A DNA stretch of 64,000 bases from Mobula hypostoma (GCF_963921235.1 NC_086097.1:229030001-229094000), one strand, 5' to 3'. Shown: positions 25,070 through 39,270, counted from the first letter of the stretch. Numbers and translations: made by a program. The notes: generated by a model from the sequence alone, not told the origin.

Positions 25070-26800
25070 ACTTAAGACCATATGACAGAGGCCATTCAGC
25101 CCATTGCGTCTGTTCCACCATTCCACTCAACCCCACAAACCTGCCTTCTCACCATATCCTTTGATGCCCTGACTGATCAGGAAATTATCAACTTCCGCTT
25201 TAAATATATGCACAGACTTGGCCACCACCACAGTCTGAGGCAGAGCATTCCACAGATTCACTACTCTCTGGCAAAAAAAAATCCTCCTTACCTCTGTTCT
25301 AAAAGGTCGCCCCTCAATTTTGCGGCTGTGCTCTCTGGTTCTGGACACCCCAACCGTAGGAAATATGCTCTCCACATCCACCCTATCTAGACCTTTCAAC
25401 ATTCGGCAGGTTTCACTGAGATCACCCCTGCTCGCATTCTTCTAAATTCCAGTGAGTACAGGCCCAAAGCTGTCAAATGCTCCTCATATGTTAACCCCTT
25501 CATTCCCAGAATATATGAACCTCCTCTGGACTCTCTCCAATGACAACACATCCTTTTGGAGATATGATGCCCAAAACTGTTGACAATACGCTTTTAAGTG
25601 CGGCCTGACTAGTGTCTTATAAAGCCTCAGCATTATCTCCTTGCTTTTATATTCTATTCCCTTTGAAATAAATGCCAACATTGCATTTGCCTTCTTTACC
25701 ACAGACTCAGCCTGCAAATTAACCTTCTAGGAGTCTTGCACGAGGACTCCTAAGTCCCTCTGCACCTCTCAAGTTTGAACCTTCTCCCCATTTAGACAAT
25801 AGTCTGCACTATTGTTCTGTTTACCAAAATGCATTTCCCAACACTGTATTCCATTTGCCACTTTTTTGCCCATTCTTCCAATTTGTCAAAGTCCTGCTGC
25901 AATCACATTCAGTACTACCTACCCCTCCACCTATCTTCATATCATCAGCAAACTTTGCCACAAAGCCATCAATTCCATTATCTAAATCATTGACAAACAA
26001 TGTGAAAAGCAGCAGGTCCAGTACTGACCCCTGAGGAGCACCACTAGTCACCAGAGGCTAACCAGAAAAGTCATAGTCATACTTTATTGATCCCGGGGGA
26101 AACTGTTTTTCGTTACTGTTGCACCATAAATAATAAATAGTAATAAAACCATAAATAGTTAAATAGTAATATGTAAATTATGCCAGGAAATAAGTCCAGG
26201 ACCAGCCTATTGGCTCAGGGTGTCTGACCCTCCAAGGGAGGAGTTGTAAAGTTTGATGGCCACAGGCAGAAATGACTTCCTATGATGCTCAGTGTTGCAT
26301 CTCGGTGGAATGAGTCTCTGGCTGAATGTACTCCTGTGCCCACCCAGTCCATTATGTAGTGGATGGGAGACATTGTCCAAGATGGCATGCAACTTGGACA
26401 GCCTTTTATTCCCACTTGCTGACCCTGCCTGTCAGCCATTCTGCTAACCATGCCAGCATCCTTCCTGTAATACCATAGCATTTTATCTTGTTAAGCAGCC
26501 TCAGGTGTGGCAAACACCTTTTGAAAATCCAAGTAAATGACATCTACTGCCTCTCCTTTGTCTACCCTGCTTGTTACTTCCTCGAAGAACTCTAACAGAT
26601 TTGTCAGGCAAGATTTCCCTTTACAGAAACCATGCTGACTTTGACTTACTTTATCATTTGTCTCCAAGTACCCCAAAACCTCACCCTTAATAATAGAGTC
26701 CAACATTTTCCCAACCACTGAGGTTAGGCCAACTGGCCTATAATTTCCTTTCTTTTGCCTTTCTCCCTTCTTAAAGAGTGGAGTGACATTTGCAATCTTG
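25070..26800 (-). mobile_element. CR1 LINE RT to 3' end with nested Rex1-like insert
   Basis: ORFs with NYRPVGLTSVVGK, YLDFQKVF, PQGSVL, KFADD, RVVNLWN. Confidence 0.9.
26070..26400 (-). mobile_element. Rex1/Babar-like LINE 3' end
   Basis: HAILDNVSHPLH..FSQRLIPPRCNTEHHRKSFLPVAIKLYN; (ACTATG)n tail. Confidence 0.8.
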
Positions 26801-29320
26801 CAGAATATCTGAAACACGCCTCATAATATTAAGGTTATATAACAAATTATTTGTGGTTTCACCTGGAAAGAGTGTTGCGATTCCTTGTTGGTGCGCAATT
26901 CAACATATGCTTGCTTTGGGATTTTATCCAGTTATGATGGAAGGTCGTCATTGTGAAGAAAGGCCATTAATCTGTAATGTTAACTCAGTCTTTCTCTCTT
27001 CACGAGACGCCTGCCCTGTTGGGAATTTGCAGCACTCTTTTGTGTTTCATACTTCCAGTATTGCTGTTTCCCTCCTCTATCCTCATTTAATCACCTGCTA
27101 TCTGCATCTACTCTAGACGTATCATTTGCAGCTAATAAGCCTTCACCATCTCTTGGTCCGAAGCCAATCAGACCTTCTTCTTCGTTTTGTTACCTCCACC
27201 CCTCTGCTTCTCTGCAGTTTAAAATATACTTGGCTTGTAATTTTGCCTGGTTCTGATATAAGGCCATCCTGAGACATTAATCACATACCTCTCCACAGAT
27301 GATGCCCGATCTGCTAGGTATTTTTATCATTCCTATAAGAGAATATTTCCTCATTTTCAAGCTGAAATATTAGAAACTGTTGACTTTTACCCATACATGA
27401 CACATAACAATTATTTTGTTCTCCTTTCTCAAATGTCATATGAAGGGTCTGGACTCCAGAATATATTACCTGGTAGTAATTTGGCTAAACTATGAGCATA
27501 AACCTCACCACAGTATGAGCCAGTAACTTCTTTTTCAAAATGGAGCTCTATATTGAGAAAAATCTCAGAAAATGTGAACTAATTTTCGAAATGCATTTTT
27601 ATTATGAACCATTGCTGGTAATAAGTGTATATAAAAAGGTCCTTTCAAAGCCACAGACTTTGTCATTGGACCCAAAACGCACTATGATCAACTGCACAGC
27701 TGCCGGTATGGGAGCAGCAGTCTGACAGTGCTTCGAACTACTTACAAGCCTGAGAATCCGTCAGAAAGGTGCTGTCGCAGCAGATGACACCAGGCTTCAG
27801 CTGTCGACACCCAGCAGGCTGCTGCAGTTTTCACCAGCATCTAACAGCTCACCGAGCGCTCACAACCTGACAGTTTGCCAATTGCCAGTAATGGTATACA
27901 TCTGCAAATGAGCTGTGTGTGCAGTTGGAATACAATGGGCCACACCAGGAGTCACTTAAGATAAATAATTTACTGTCTACTCAAGTGGACCTAAATACAG
28001 CGCACTACCACATGGGCACCAGGGTTTTCTTTTTAGTGATTTCTGCCTTTGCAGGCCTGTCCCCTTTCAAGAATGTTTGCCACATTCAGGACTTTTGCTA
28101 CTTTCAGTATTCAACATGTTAATGGTACAATCAGAAACTTGGAACCAAACCCTGCTTCATCACAGGTTGATCACAATCACAAACTCAAAACATTCCATGA
28201 ACTAATAAACCTGGACTGCTTGACAGAACAATCTTGTTTTCCCCACTGAAAAAGCATTCTGTAGTGCTCTTACGGATTGTAACTTGCAGCAGTACAGCAA
28301 CAACGAGCTCAGCATTGGAAACCAATACTTTCAGAATTAGAATCAGGTTTAATATCATTGGAATATGTTGTGAAATTTTCAATGGGGGTGTGCAATCTTC
28401 ATAGAACTCAAACAGTACAGCTCAGTAAAGACACTTCATCCCATGATGTTGTGGCAACCTTTCAATCTACTCTAAGATCAATCACCCCTTCCTTTCCCAC
28501 AAGCCCTCCATTTTACTTTCATCAATGTACCTATCTAAGAGTCTCTTAAATGTCCCTGATGTATCTGCCTCTATCAGCACCTCTGGCAATGCGTTCCACA
28601 CATCTGGCACTCTCTGTGTAACATCCCCAGCTTATACTTTCCTCCAACCACCTTAAAAATATGCCCTGTCCTTCTGGGAAAACACCTCTGGTTGTCCACT
28701 CTGGATTCCAATTTTTTTAAAAAATCATTGAAAATGATAAAAACTACACTGAACTATTTCATTGCTGTACAGTGATCACTTTCTAATTTTTTTTATACAC
28801 CTAAAAACTTTAAAACATTGCTTCAAGTACCTAAGAAAATAAGCTGAAGTGAAGCTGAATATTGCAACCACTATTGAAGATTCCTTCCTCTATCAGAAAA
28901 ATTGTCAAAATCTTATAAATTTCAAACAGGGAGGCCTTGATGAGGGAAATTAAATCCTGAAACAATGACAAAGCTAATGAAACCAGGATATTCAAAAAGC
29001 TAACCAGGTTAGTGCCTAGTCATACACCTCGCCCACATCGTATGGGAGGAACTCAGCATTTTGTGTGTGTTACTCTGGATTTCCAGCATCTGCAGAATCT
29101 CTTGTGCTTGTGACCCATATCATACACACTTTCCAAGCTTTTCTGTTGGAATCTGGATGCAAAGCCACCAGAGACTCTACTTTTGTTCAATTGCTTAGAA
29201 TTAGTGTGAACCAACGTATTCATTTTTCTAATCCTGCATTTAGTTGTCAAAGTAATAAACAGGAGAGGAAGTCCATAATTTCCATCCCTGTCTCCCAGTC
29301 TTGAGACTTCATTTTAAACA

Positions 29321-29340
29321 GTGTGCCATCTAGCGGCCAA
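29321..29340 (-). promoter_or_regulatory. CTCF-binding motif
   Basis: Minus strand TTGGCCGCTAGATGGCACAC closely fits the CTCF core consensus; lies in unique sequence. Confidence 0.55.
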
Positions 29341-29704
29341 AACCAACTTAAATCCAGTCTTGCACTTGGAATCAATCACAGGCATCGAGAAATCTAATCA
29401 GATTCACAACGAAAAATGAAGAGGCAGATTTAAAATAGAAAAGAAGGCAATTCCAAAATACATTAATTCTGATTGGTGTGTGCGATTGCTTCACAGAATT
29501 GTAGCAGTTCAAAAACAAGGCTCACCAACATCTTCCCCTGGACAAGGAGGAATAAGCAATAAATGGCTGTAAGGAGTTTGTACATTCTCCCCATGACCAC
29601 GCAGGTTTCTTCCCACAATCCAAAGACGTACCGGTTGATAGGTTAATTGGTCATTGTAAATCAGGGGTTGCTGGGCAGCGTGGCTCGAAGGGCCAGAAGG
29701 CCCT

Positions 29705-30269
29705 TGTTGTGCCATGGATGAAATCACCAGAGAGACAGGGTCACTGGTAGATACAAAGCAGCTTCTTTATTCGACACAACAAGGTACAGCAGGCATCATA
29801 TGGACGAAGACGCTTTCGGTAGAAAGGTCTGCTAGCCCAATGTGGGCTCGATATTTATATGCTAAACACAAAAGGCAATCGCTATTTACAAAGTTATAGA
29901 CAATACTTCCTTTTGAAGCTACATACAAAACATCACACCTTCTGACTTCATCCTTTCCTCCTGATGCCAACATGTCTGGGTTGGTACTCACAGCCTTTAG
30001 GAGTGCAAGTCAAATCCACAATACATTTATTTGGTATTTTACGTGCTAACATAGAGGACAATTAATATTTATAAAGTATGGATAAGGCTGTCTTTGAAAC
30101 TACCTGTAAACTTCACACTTTCATCCACAGCGTCTGGCTAGTATCCTGATATTCACAGCCTTTAGGAAGTACATTGTGTGAACTCAATCCACAGTACTTT
30201 GTCAAACAGAAGACTAGTGCAAGCCACTTAAGTGTAAATTAATCATCTACCCAAAAACTTACTCTAACA
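29705..30269 (-). mobile_element. Solo LTR (565 bp) inserted in a V-SINE tail
   Basis: TGTT...AACA termini; 5-bp TSD GCCCT (29700-29704, 30270-30274); on the minus strand TATAAATA (about 29855) precedes AATAAA (about 29768). Confidence 0.85.
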
Positions 30270-31059
30270 GCCCTAAACTGTGCTATATCTCAATTAAATC
30301 TACCAATCAATAAATAAATGGGGTGACCTCATCAGCAACACCGGCATCTCATAAGTAAAACTTCTTCCAAAGAAATATGGAACTAACAAAGGGCTTTTCC
30401 AAATACCTAATAAACTAAACTAACTGAGTTCTGAAGAGGGGCCTCAGCCTGAAAGGTCGATTGTTTATTCAATTCCATAGATGCTGCCTGATTTGCCGAG
30501 TTCCTCCAGCATTTTGTGTATACAGCCTTAAACTAACTGCTGTCCATCTTGTCTTCATCGGCAACAGCGATAGAAATCTAAAACTAGTGTGCCTGAAATT
30601 AGTTTAATTTTCTTTTCTTCATGCAGTGCTACTAAAAGCAACTAAAATGGTGTTGTTATGTACGAGAGAAGTACAAAATACCACCCAGCATTCTGAATTT
30701 CCCATCTACTTCAGTCAAAAGCAGCTGTCCGTGGACATCACTCTGTTATTGCAGTTAAGAGGTACTATTAAATAAAAAGAATCTTAACAACTTAAGTTTA
30801 AAAACTTAGTACGTACCTCATAAATTATTTGGCCGTCACTATTTACTCATGTTTACAAAACTATTTAATGTCATACAAAAATCTGAAACTAAGAATAACA
30901 AAGTGGGCTGGGCATTGACACAGTATGGGTTAGATTTTGAGCCGAGTAAGATGCACCAGAGAGGAGAAAATAGTTAAGATTTTGTGAATGAACACAGCAA
31001 TTAAGGAGCTGACAGCAGGAGTGACAAAGAAGGTTATGGAATGTTGATAAGATAAAAGA

Positions 31060-31890
31060 AATGTGTCTCCACCCTCCCCCCCCCCCCAACTTTCCGCAGG
31101 AATCGCTCCTCTGTGAATCCCTTGTCCATTTATCCCTCCACACTAAGAACATAAGAACCTCTCTCCTGGCACTTAGCCCTGCGAACTGGTTAAGTGCTAC
31201 ACCTGCAAATCTGTTAGGGTCGTCCAGTGCTCCTGACATGACCTCCCCTACATTGGTAAGACCTGTCGTAAATTGGGGGACCACTCCGCACCTCCGCACC
31301 ATCGCCACAAGCAGGACTTCCTGGTGACCAAACATTTTAATTTCCATTCCTATTCCCGTTCTGATGTGTCAGTCCAAGGCTACCTCTTGTGCCAACTTGA
31401 AGCCACCCTCAGGGTGGAAGGGCAATATCTTATACTCTGTCTAGGTAACCTCCAACCTGATGGATTGTATATCGATTTCTCCTTCTGGTAAACAAATTGT
31501 CCCCCCCATTCCTCTATTTTCCACTCTGACCTTTTACCTTGTCTCATGTACCTATTACTCCCTCCTGGGTCCTCTCCTCCTCCTCCTCCTCCTCCTCCCC
31601 TTTCTTCTATGGTCCACTCTCATCTCCTTTCGGATTCTTTCTTTTCCAACCCTTGACCTTTCCCACCCACCCGGCTTCACCTATCTACCTTCCACCCAGA
31701 CTACTTCCCCACCCCCAACCTTTTTATTCTGGTACCTTCCCTCTTCCTTCCCAGTCCCAATGAAGGGTCTCAGCCCGAACCGTCAACTGCTTATTCATTT
31801 CCATAGATGCTGCCTGACCTGCTGAGTTCCTACAGTATTTTGTGTGTGTGAGCTATTTTGGATTTCCAGCGTCTGCAGATTTTCTATTGT
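31060..31890 (+). mobile_element. Decayed PLE (endonuclease region plus pLTR)
   Basis: HFNFHSYS.SDVSVQG..LRVEGQYLILCLGNLQPDG; degenerate hammerhead at about 31753-31788. Confidence 0.8.
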
Positions 31891-32302
31891 TCATATATTT
31901 AGAAGGTGATTCTACTGAGAAATTCGCCAGCAGCAGCTTTATGTGCTTTCATTTCTTCCATTTGTACATTACTTACCTTATTTTCACCAAAGCCCTTCAG
32001 TTATCATGTCAGTAGTACTTACTAGTCTCTCATGAACTTGTCTGCCTTATTCAGATCAGATGGTGTTGTCAGAACCAAGAACGAAATACATATTGGTGCC
32101 GGAACGTATGGCAAAATTTGCGGGCTGCCCCCGGCACATCATAAAGCGTGCTGATTGTTAACGCAAACGACACACCTCACTGTATATTTTCGCAAATAAC
32201 TCTGAATCCGAACATTGAATAACACTGTATAAATTGCAGGAACATCCAGAAGAAAACAATGGAAAGAACGCATTTCAAAAACAATGGCCTGTCCTGTATA
32301 AA

Positions 32303-32690
32303 GGGTGGCAGGATGGCACTACGTCTCTACTAAAGAAAGTGTAAGGTGCTCCTTCCCTCTGCTAGCCTGCAGGTCTTGCACCTCCTCAGCCTCCCCCGGT
32401 CAGGGTCACACAAAGCCATGGGAGCAGGTGGTGGATGGTCCCATCAGCAGCTGGTGCATATCACAAGCCCTGGTTATGCGACCACTGACACCAGGCAATC
32501 TCTGAAAAGTATTGATAATGGCTGGGGTCACCCATCTTGTAAATTCACTGCCCAGTAAAAAATCTGTAGAAAAATTTGCCAAGAGCAATCATGATCATGG
32601 ATAGAGAAAACAATAAGAAAATTTTCTCAGTTTAAAAACAGATGGAAGACGGTGATTGTTCACGTCCCATGACAAGGCACCCAAGGATGA
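32303..32690 (+). mobile_element. Short non-autonomous element with RTE-like 3' motif
   Basis: GC-rich block ending in GTAGAAAAATTTGCCAAGA..CATG and a (GAT)n-like tail; family uncertain. Confidence 0.4.
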
Positions 32691-33284
32691 TGCTGACCCT
32701 AAGTGAATGGAATATAATTAGCCAATGGAAAATATTATCTAACTGACGAAAAGCATCTGAAGAAACATACCTGACGCAGCCAAACCTAATAATGCCAATG
32801 TGTCTGCTTTATATTGGCATCTTAGCTTCACCTCCCTGATTAGTCAAGTAATTTTTATGAGTTATAAGCATGACCTGCAGGGAAAATGCAATCTGTAGGC
32901 AGGAGATTTATTTTGGAAAACAAATCATAACTTTTTCCCTGATATACGTGACTTTTCTCTCAATGTGCCTCAGCTCTCCAGTGAATTATCACTCTTTATA
33001 TGCAAGTATTCTTAAATATACAATATAGCAGCCGTCAGCCTGTTTATTCCCCTTCATAGATGCTGCCTGACCTGAATTCCTCCAACATTTTGTGTGTTTT
33101 CCAGCACCTGCAGAATCTCCTGTTTAATCATAATTCTGAAAAAAATGCAAAATGTAGACCACTAAAACTTAAAGATCCAGTCAATACCAACATGTGATAT
33201 CATTAGCATTTTACTTATTTGCCCACAACCCACTCACCCTAACCGTACATCTTTGGAATGTCGGAGAAAACCCGAAGATCAGTA

Positions 33285-34546
33285 CCTCTAGTGGACAATT
33301 TAGAAAGATATGGTATTAGAGGGGTGGCACATGACTGGTTGAGTACTTATTTGGAAGACAGGCATTCAAAACTTTTGAGGGTAACTTGTGGGGTTCCACA
33401 AGGTTCAGTGCTTGGTCCATTGCTGTTCATTTTGTATATAAACGATATACGTATGGTCTCTCAGACATTAAAATGTATATTATTTGCTGATGATACAACT
33501 GTATTTTGTACTGGCAAACATCTGAAACAACTTTTGGATACAGTGGAGAAAGAACTAAAATTATAAAGAAATGGTTTAATATTAACAAACTATCACTGAA
33601 TCTAAGTAAAACTAAACTCATAATATTTGGAAACCGTGTACCAAACTCATATAGTAAACTTAGAATAAATGATGTTGAAATTGATAAGGTATCTGAAACA
33701 AAATTTTTAGGAGTGGTAATAGATTAAGCTGGAAACCACATATAAATTATGTCAAAGCAAAAATGTCAAAATCTATTGCAATACTGTACAAAGCGCAAGA
33801 TTTCTTAAATCAGGAATCGTTGTATACATTATACTGCTCACTTATAGTCCCATACATGACTTACTGTGTAAAGGTATGGGGAAATGCATACAAAACAAAT
33901 ACAAACTCAATTTTTCTACTCCAAAAGAAAATCATACGAATTGTAAATAAGACAAGTTATTATGAGCCAACCAATCCACTATTTATTCAACTAAACACTT
34001 TAAAATTCAGAGATTTTGTAGATTTTAAAATAATACAAGTTATGTATAAAGTAAAAAATCGTTGTTTAAAATGAGAGAAAGTCAACATGATTTGAGAGGA
34101 ACATGTATATTTCAAAAACAAAGGATACGAACAAATGTAAAAAAAAATCATTGTATTTCAGTCAGAGGGGTGAATCTATGGAACAGTTGTGAGAATTTAA
34201 AAACATGCACCACACTTAACAAGTTTAAAAAATTATTTAAAAATAGTTTAATGAACAAATATAAAATACATGATTTAAAATGAATGGGAGTAATGTAAAT
34301 AAATGATACTTGGAATTGGATTATGAAATTTTTTGTTTTGATGTGATGATTGATGCCGAATATGTTGTTGTATAAGTAAGAGGGGTAGGCGTAATAAGCT
34401 GTAGCTTCAGCCTACACCTTTTCGGTCTGTTTTAAAGAATATCTATGTTTTTTTGTTGTAATTTTGTCCTATGTTATCATCGTTGAAAATGATGCTTTTG
34501 TTATGTTTGTACTGAGCGAGATAAATTTCATTCATTCATTCATTCA
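33285..34546 (+). mobile_element. Crack/Daphne/L2-group LINE, 5'-truncated, AT-rich
   Basis: YGIRGVAHDWL, CGVPQGSVLGPLLFILYINDI, LFADDT, NKLSLNLSKTK, KFLGVVID, YCVKVWGNAYKT, LQKKIIRI; (ATTC)n tail. Confidence 0.8.
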
Positions 34547-35584
34547 ATTTAACATGAGTAGAATTGACTGTTTATAAGTTCGATGTTCTATAACTTAAAC
34601 ACTGGAGAGAAGTGTTGAAAAGCTGCTGAGAAAGAGCAAATTATATACGAGTTTAAAGTTGCATATGGTATGGATTTCAGAAATGTTTGGTCTAGTTTTA
34701 ACATTATTGGTGCAAGCCAACCAATAAAGTGAGCAGCTGTGTTTAAAGAGTATGTTTAGAACACATCCAGAAATGTATATTACTAATGCAAGTTATGTTT
34801 TGAGATAATCGATCTTCACAATATCAAACTGAAATAAGTTGAGCTCTGACATCCGAACTTACACCAGCCAAAAGTGATCAATCTCTAGCCTTTCCAAATG
34901 GAAATTGTTTAAATAAAACACTGTTATGTAAACAGCGCATGATCTGCAAAATCTTGTTGTGAAGAAAAATTCACATTAAGTCCCAAAACATGATGGTAGT
35001 GAAGGTCAATTGTACAGCAAGGACTAATTGTATCCCAGTTTGTATTAGGCAGTGTTGACCTGAGGTCCTGCCTACATGCCCCACTTCCTCACCCACCAAC
35101 ACCTCCCACCTGACCCCAAAATATCCTAAAAATTTTTGACATGTGACTAGCTGGAGGAAGAACGTTGTACGCTGTGAAAATTTGTATTCGCAGAATTTAC
35201 ATCAAAATGTATAAAGAATTATTTAAAAAATAATTTATTTAATTTGAAAAACATTAACATATTTCAAACTAATGAACCACAGGATTGGAGAAGTGGATTC
35301 TGTGCTGTAAAGTCGGGGATTCCTGGCTAGATTGGGATTCACTGTTGGATTTCACATACAGTCTAACATCAAAGCAGAGAGAGATGATGTAGTTCCATAT
35401 GCTGCTTAGCAAGTCGTAGATTTATTGTTAATCTGCCTGTCTCTGGGATTTACTCACGTGTACATGAATAGGTACGTAGAGTCTCCCTCAAAGCTATTAC
35501 TTACAGTAGGTTCTATCCAATATTACTCTCCAGATGGCTTGTGGGAAAGGTCAAAACTTTTAAGGTGAACCAACATATGGAAGG

Positions 35585-36492
35585 GAGATTGAAAATCAGG
35601 CTGACTGGTACAATAACAACAACGTCACACTCAGTGTCAGCAAGACCAAGCAGCTGATAATTGACTTTAGGAGAAGGAAACCAGAGGCCCACGAGCCGGT
35701 GTTCGTCAGAGGATCAGAGGTGGAGAGGGTTAGCAAATTTAAGTTCCTCGCTGTTATTAATTTGGAGGACCTGTACTGCCCTGGGCCCACTACATAAGTG
35801 CAGTTATGAAGAAAGCATGGCAGAGCCTCTACTTCCTTAGGAGTTTGCGAAGATTCAGCGTGACATCTAAAACTTTGAGAAACTTTTATAGATGTGTAGT
35901 GGATAGTATATTGACTGGTTGCATCACAGCCTGGTATGGAAACACCAATGCCCATGAAAGGGAAATCATACAAAAAGCAGTGGATACGGCCCAGTCCATC
36001 ACGAGTAAAGCCCTCCCAACCACTGGGAACATCTACATGAAACACTGTCGCAGGAAAGCAGCATCCATCATCAGGGACCCCCACCATCCAGGACATGCTC
36101 TCTTCCCGCTGCTGCCATTAGGAAGAAGGAACAGGGGCCTCAGGACTCACACCACCAGGTTCAGGAATAGTTACTAGCCCTTGACCATCAGGCTCTTGAA
36201 CCAAAGGGGGTAACTTCACTTGCTTCTTCATTGAAACGTCCCACAACTAATGGATTCACTTTCAAGGACTCTTCATCTCATGATCTCAATATTTATTGCT
36301 TATTTACTTATTATTATTTCTTTTTTTTCTATTTGCCCAGTTTGTTGTCTTCTGCACTTTGGATGAACTCTCCAGTTGGGTGGTTTTTCACTGATTCTGT
36401 TATGGTTATTATTACAAAGATTTATTGAGTATGCCCACAAGAAAATGAATATGATGACAAACGTTACTTTGATAATAAATTTACTTCGAACT
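35585..36492 (+). mobile_element. Rex1/Babar LINE 3' part
   Basis: KKAWQSLYFLRSLRRF..FYRCVVDSILTGCITAWYGN..IIRDPHHPGHALF..HTTRFRNSY. Confidence 0.9.
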
Positions 36493-39270
36493 TCTCCCTA
36501 CTCACCTGGTTTACATAGAACTGAAAGCACCCTGAGGTCTTGGGTTTAAGACCTGGATACAACAATACAACTGCTCACTGTCCGACAGGTAGAACAGTAA
36601 CAGTAACAGACCTCGGATTTCTCTGTATGGAGTTTGCATGTTAATCGCTTAACCATTCTAGTTTCTTCCAGCCTCCCAAAACTCTGTTAGTGGATTAATC
36701 GGCTGTTCTAAATTACTCTTCAGTGTAGGTAAGAAGCACAAGGATCAAAGGCATTTGATGGGCACAAGAGAGAATAAAGCAGCGGAGCTACAGGGAAATT
36801 AGGAGAGGGAGGAAATGTGACTAGATGGGATTGTTCCGCAGAGGAACAGGCATGGACTCAAGGTGACCTCCGAGTGGTGGTACTTGATAGGCCATTCTTA
36901 ATGATAATTTTTTAAAAGAGGAATTTAAATTCTACAGTTTTCCTGATCAGGTAAATTACAGAACGACATGGCAATAGCCACCGTCCACCCCAGTCTCCCT
37001 CTGCTCATGTCCACATTTGAGAAACGTCAGCCAGGGATTGGGATCAGCAGATGTTAACAGGTTGTTGTGGGAAAGCTGGTGAGGTTAGAAAACGGGTAGG
37101 TAGAAGGTGGTAACTGTTCATCGGAGGGGCTGAGCGATGCAACTAAGGCCAGTGGAAAGCAGACGATTAAGCCTGGGCTAGGGCCATGGTTTTACTATAC
37201 GGGAACCTGAACTGCACTAGCACTTTGGCCCAAGAAGACATCAGGTCAGAGGCCTGGTCTGGCTTTCAGGCAAGGACCAAGACTTGGGTTGCTTTTCACA
37301 AGTAATAATGTGGTACACATGCTATATGAAAATGACCGCACAGTACAATATTATGTACAGTATATTGTACACTGTCGAATCAAGCGATTTTCTGATCATT
37401 TGAAATTTAGAGTCGTTGCATAGAAAACTGAATGAGGCATTGGCACAAAAAGTACTCACCCCTTGTCAGCGAGCTGTTGATCAAGAATCTGCCCTTTCAA
37501 AGTTGCTACGTGGAGTTCAGATACCAACCTGTATGATCTCTTGGTCTACCCTGGAGCCTGCTCCATGGGGTGGGGACGGGGACGGGGTGAAGCTTACATC
37601 TTCCTTCCTGACTCCCCCAGCTTTACATCAGACATGGTGATATCTCAAGCCTGCTTCATTTGTTTGGGAATGGTTTCAGAACATCACACACAATGGAAGC
37701 GATCTTTTTAATCTAATTAATACTTCAATTACTTTGGCCCAGATAAAATTTTACATACACAGCTGGTACTGTAACTTTAAGATATGGAGAGCACCACGAA
37801 CACTTGAAATTGTACTTGTAGCAAGTATGATGCAGCACCAATGGTGAGGCTTTTGATGTGGCACTGCAGTTCCAAGATCCCAAACCGCTTAATCAAATTT
37901 CCAGTTCGCACAGAGCTACAATGCAAAACACCCCGATTCACTATTCAGATGGTCATTCTGGTGGTCTTCTACTCCAGTGCAGTGGCAAGAGCTCATCTGT
38001 GTTTAGGGTTAAAGTGGAATAAAGAGTGTGTGGTGAAAGCCATTAGCGGAAACAAAGGATTTCTTGCAAAGCACTGCCTTTCTCCATCTAAATGGGAAAA
38101 TACAATGACTTCAAGGAACATTACGTTAACAATTGCAGCCACAAAATTTGTGTACTCAATCACCATTTAAATCTGACTGTAGCAGTGATGTTTTGTCATG
38201 AGATTTTGCACAGTATTTCAGGTTATCCGTGAACAATCACGGGATACGATTAATTCCAGCAAGCACACTTCAATCTTTCAAAAGGCTGCTCGGTTGACTC
38301 CACATTTTTTTATACAACTTCCCCCTTCACCAAACATTTGAACTATATTATTTGGATTAACATTCAACCACAATTATTCAGAAGTAAAATGGCTTTATTG
38401 CATATTTATTTCAAAGGTGCACTGCATCTGTGTAGTGGTACACCACATGAAACAGGCAACTTCAGAGCTCCTGATCTTATCTATACTTTTGTTAGAGCTT
38501 TTGAGTTCACTATTGTTGGATGCAGAGCTTTACGAGAACCTCAACAAAAACAAATGCTGTCACCTGTTCTGCAACCATTTGTAGCTTAATATCTCTCCTT
38601 GAAGCTGAAAGAAATTCTAAATCGACTTGGAAAAAATGAGCATTATATATTATAATACAATATACTAAAGGAAATTACAGAGGCACGGGAGAGGAGCTGG
38701 CCAAAATTGATTGGAAGGGGACACTAGCAAGGAAGACGGCAGAACAGCAATGGCTAGAGTTTGTCAGAGCAATTCAGAAGGGGCAGATTAAATACATCCC
38801 AAACAAGAAATATTCTAAAGGGACGATGACGCAACCATGGCTAACAAGGAAGTCAAAGACAGCACAAAAGCAAAAGAGAAAGTGTATAATAGCAAAAATT
38901 AATGGGAAGTTAAAGAATTGGAGAGCTTTTAAAAACCAACAAAAGCTAACTAAGAAAGCCATAAGGATAAAAAAAATGAAATATGAAGATAAGCTAGCCA
39001 ATGATATGAAAGAGGATACAAAAAGTTTTTTCAGATAAAGAAAGAGTAAAAGAGATGAGAGTGGATACTGGACCGCTGAAAAATGATGCTGGAGAGGTAG
39101 TTATGGGGTCAAAGAAATGGCAGACAAATTTAGTAAATAGTTAGCATCAGTCTTCACTGTGGAAGATATAAGCAGTATGCCAGAAATTCGTAAGTGTCAG
39201 GTGGCAGAAGTAAGTATAGTTGATATTACTAAGGAGAAGGTTCTTGGGAAGCTGAAAGGTTTGTAGGTAC

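Noticed and set aside
35596..36096. 166-aa minus-strand ORF and similar long ORFs (4992-5396, 30889-31347, 10244-10744)
   Set aside because: These are antisense shadows of LINE/PLE sequence.
37450..37518. Minus-strand 69-nt open segment ending in a GTGAGT donor
   Set aside because: No polypyrimidine tract at the acceptor and no recognisable homology.
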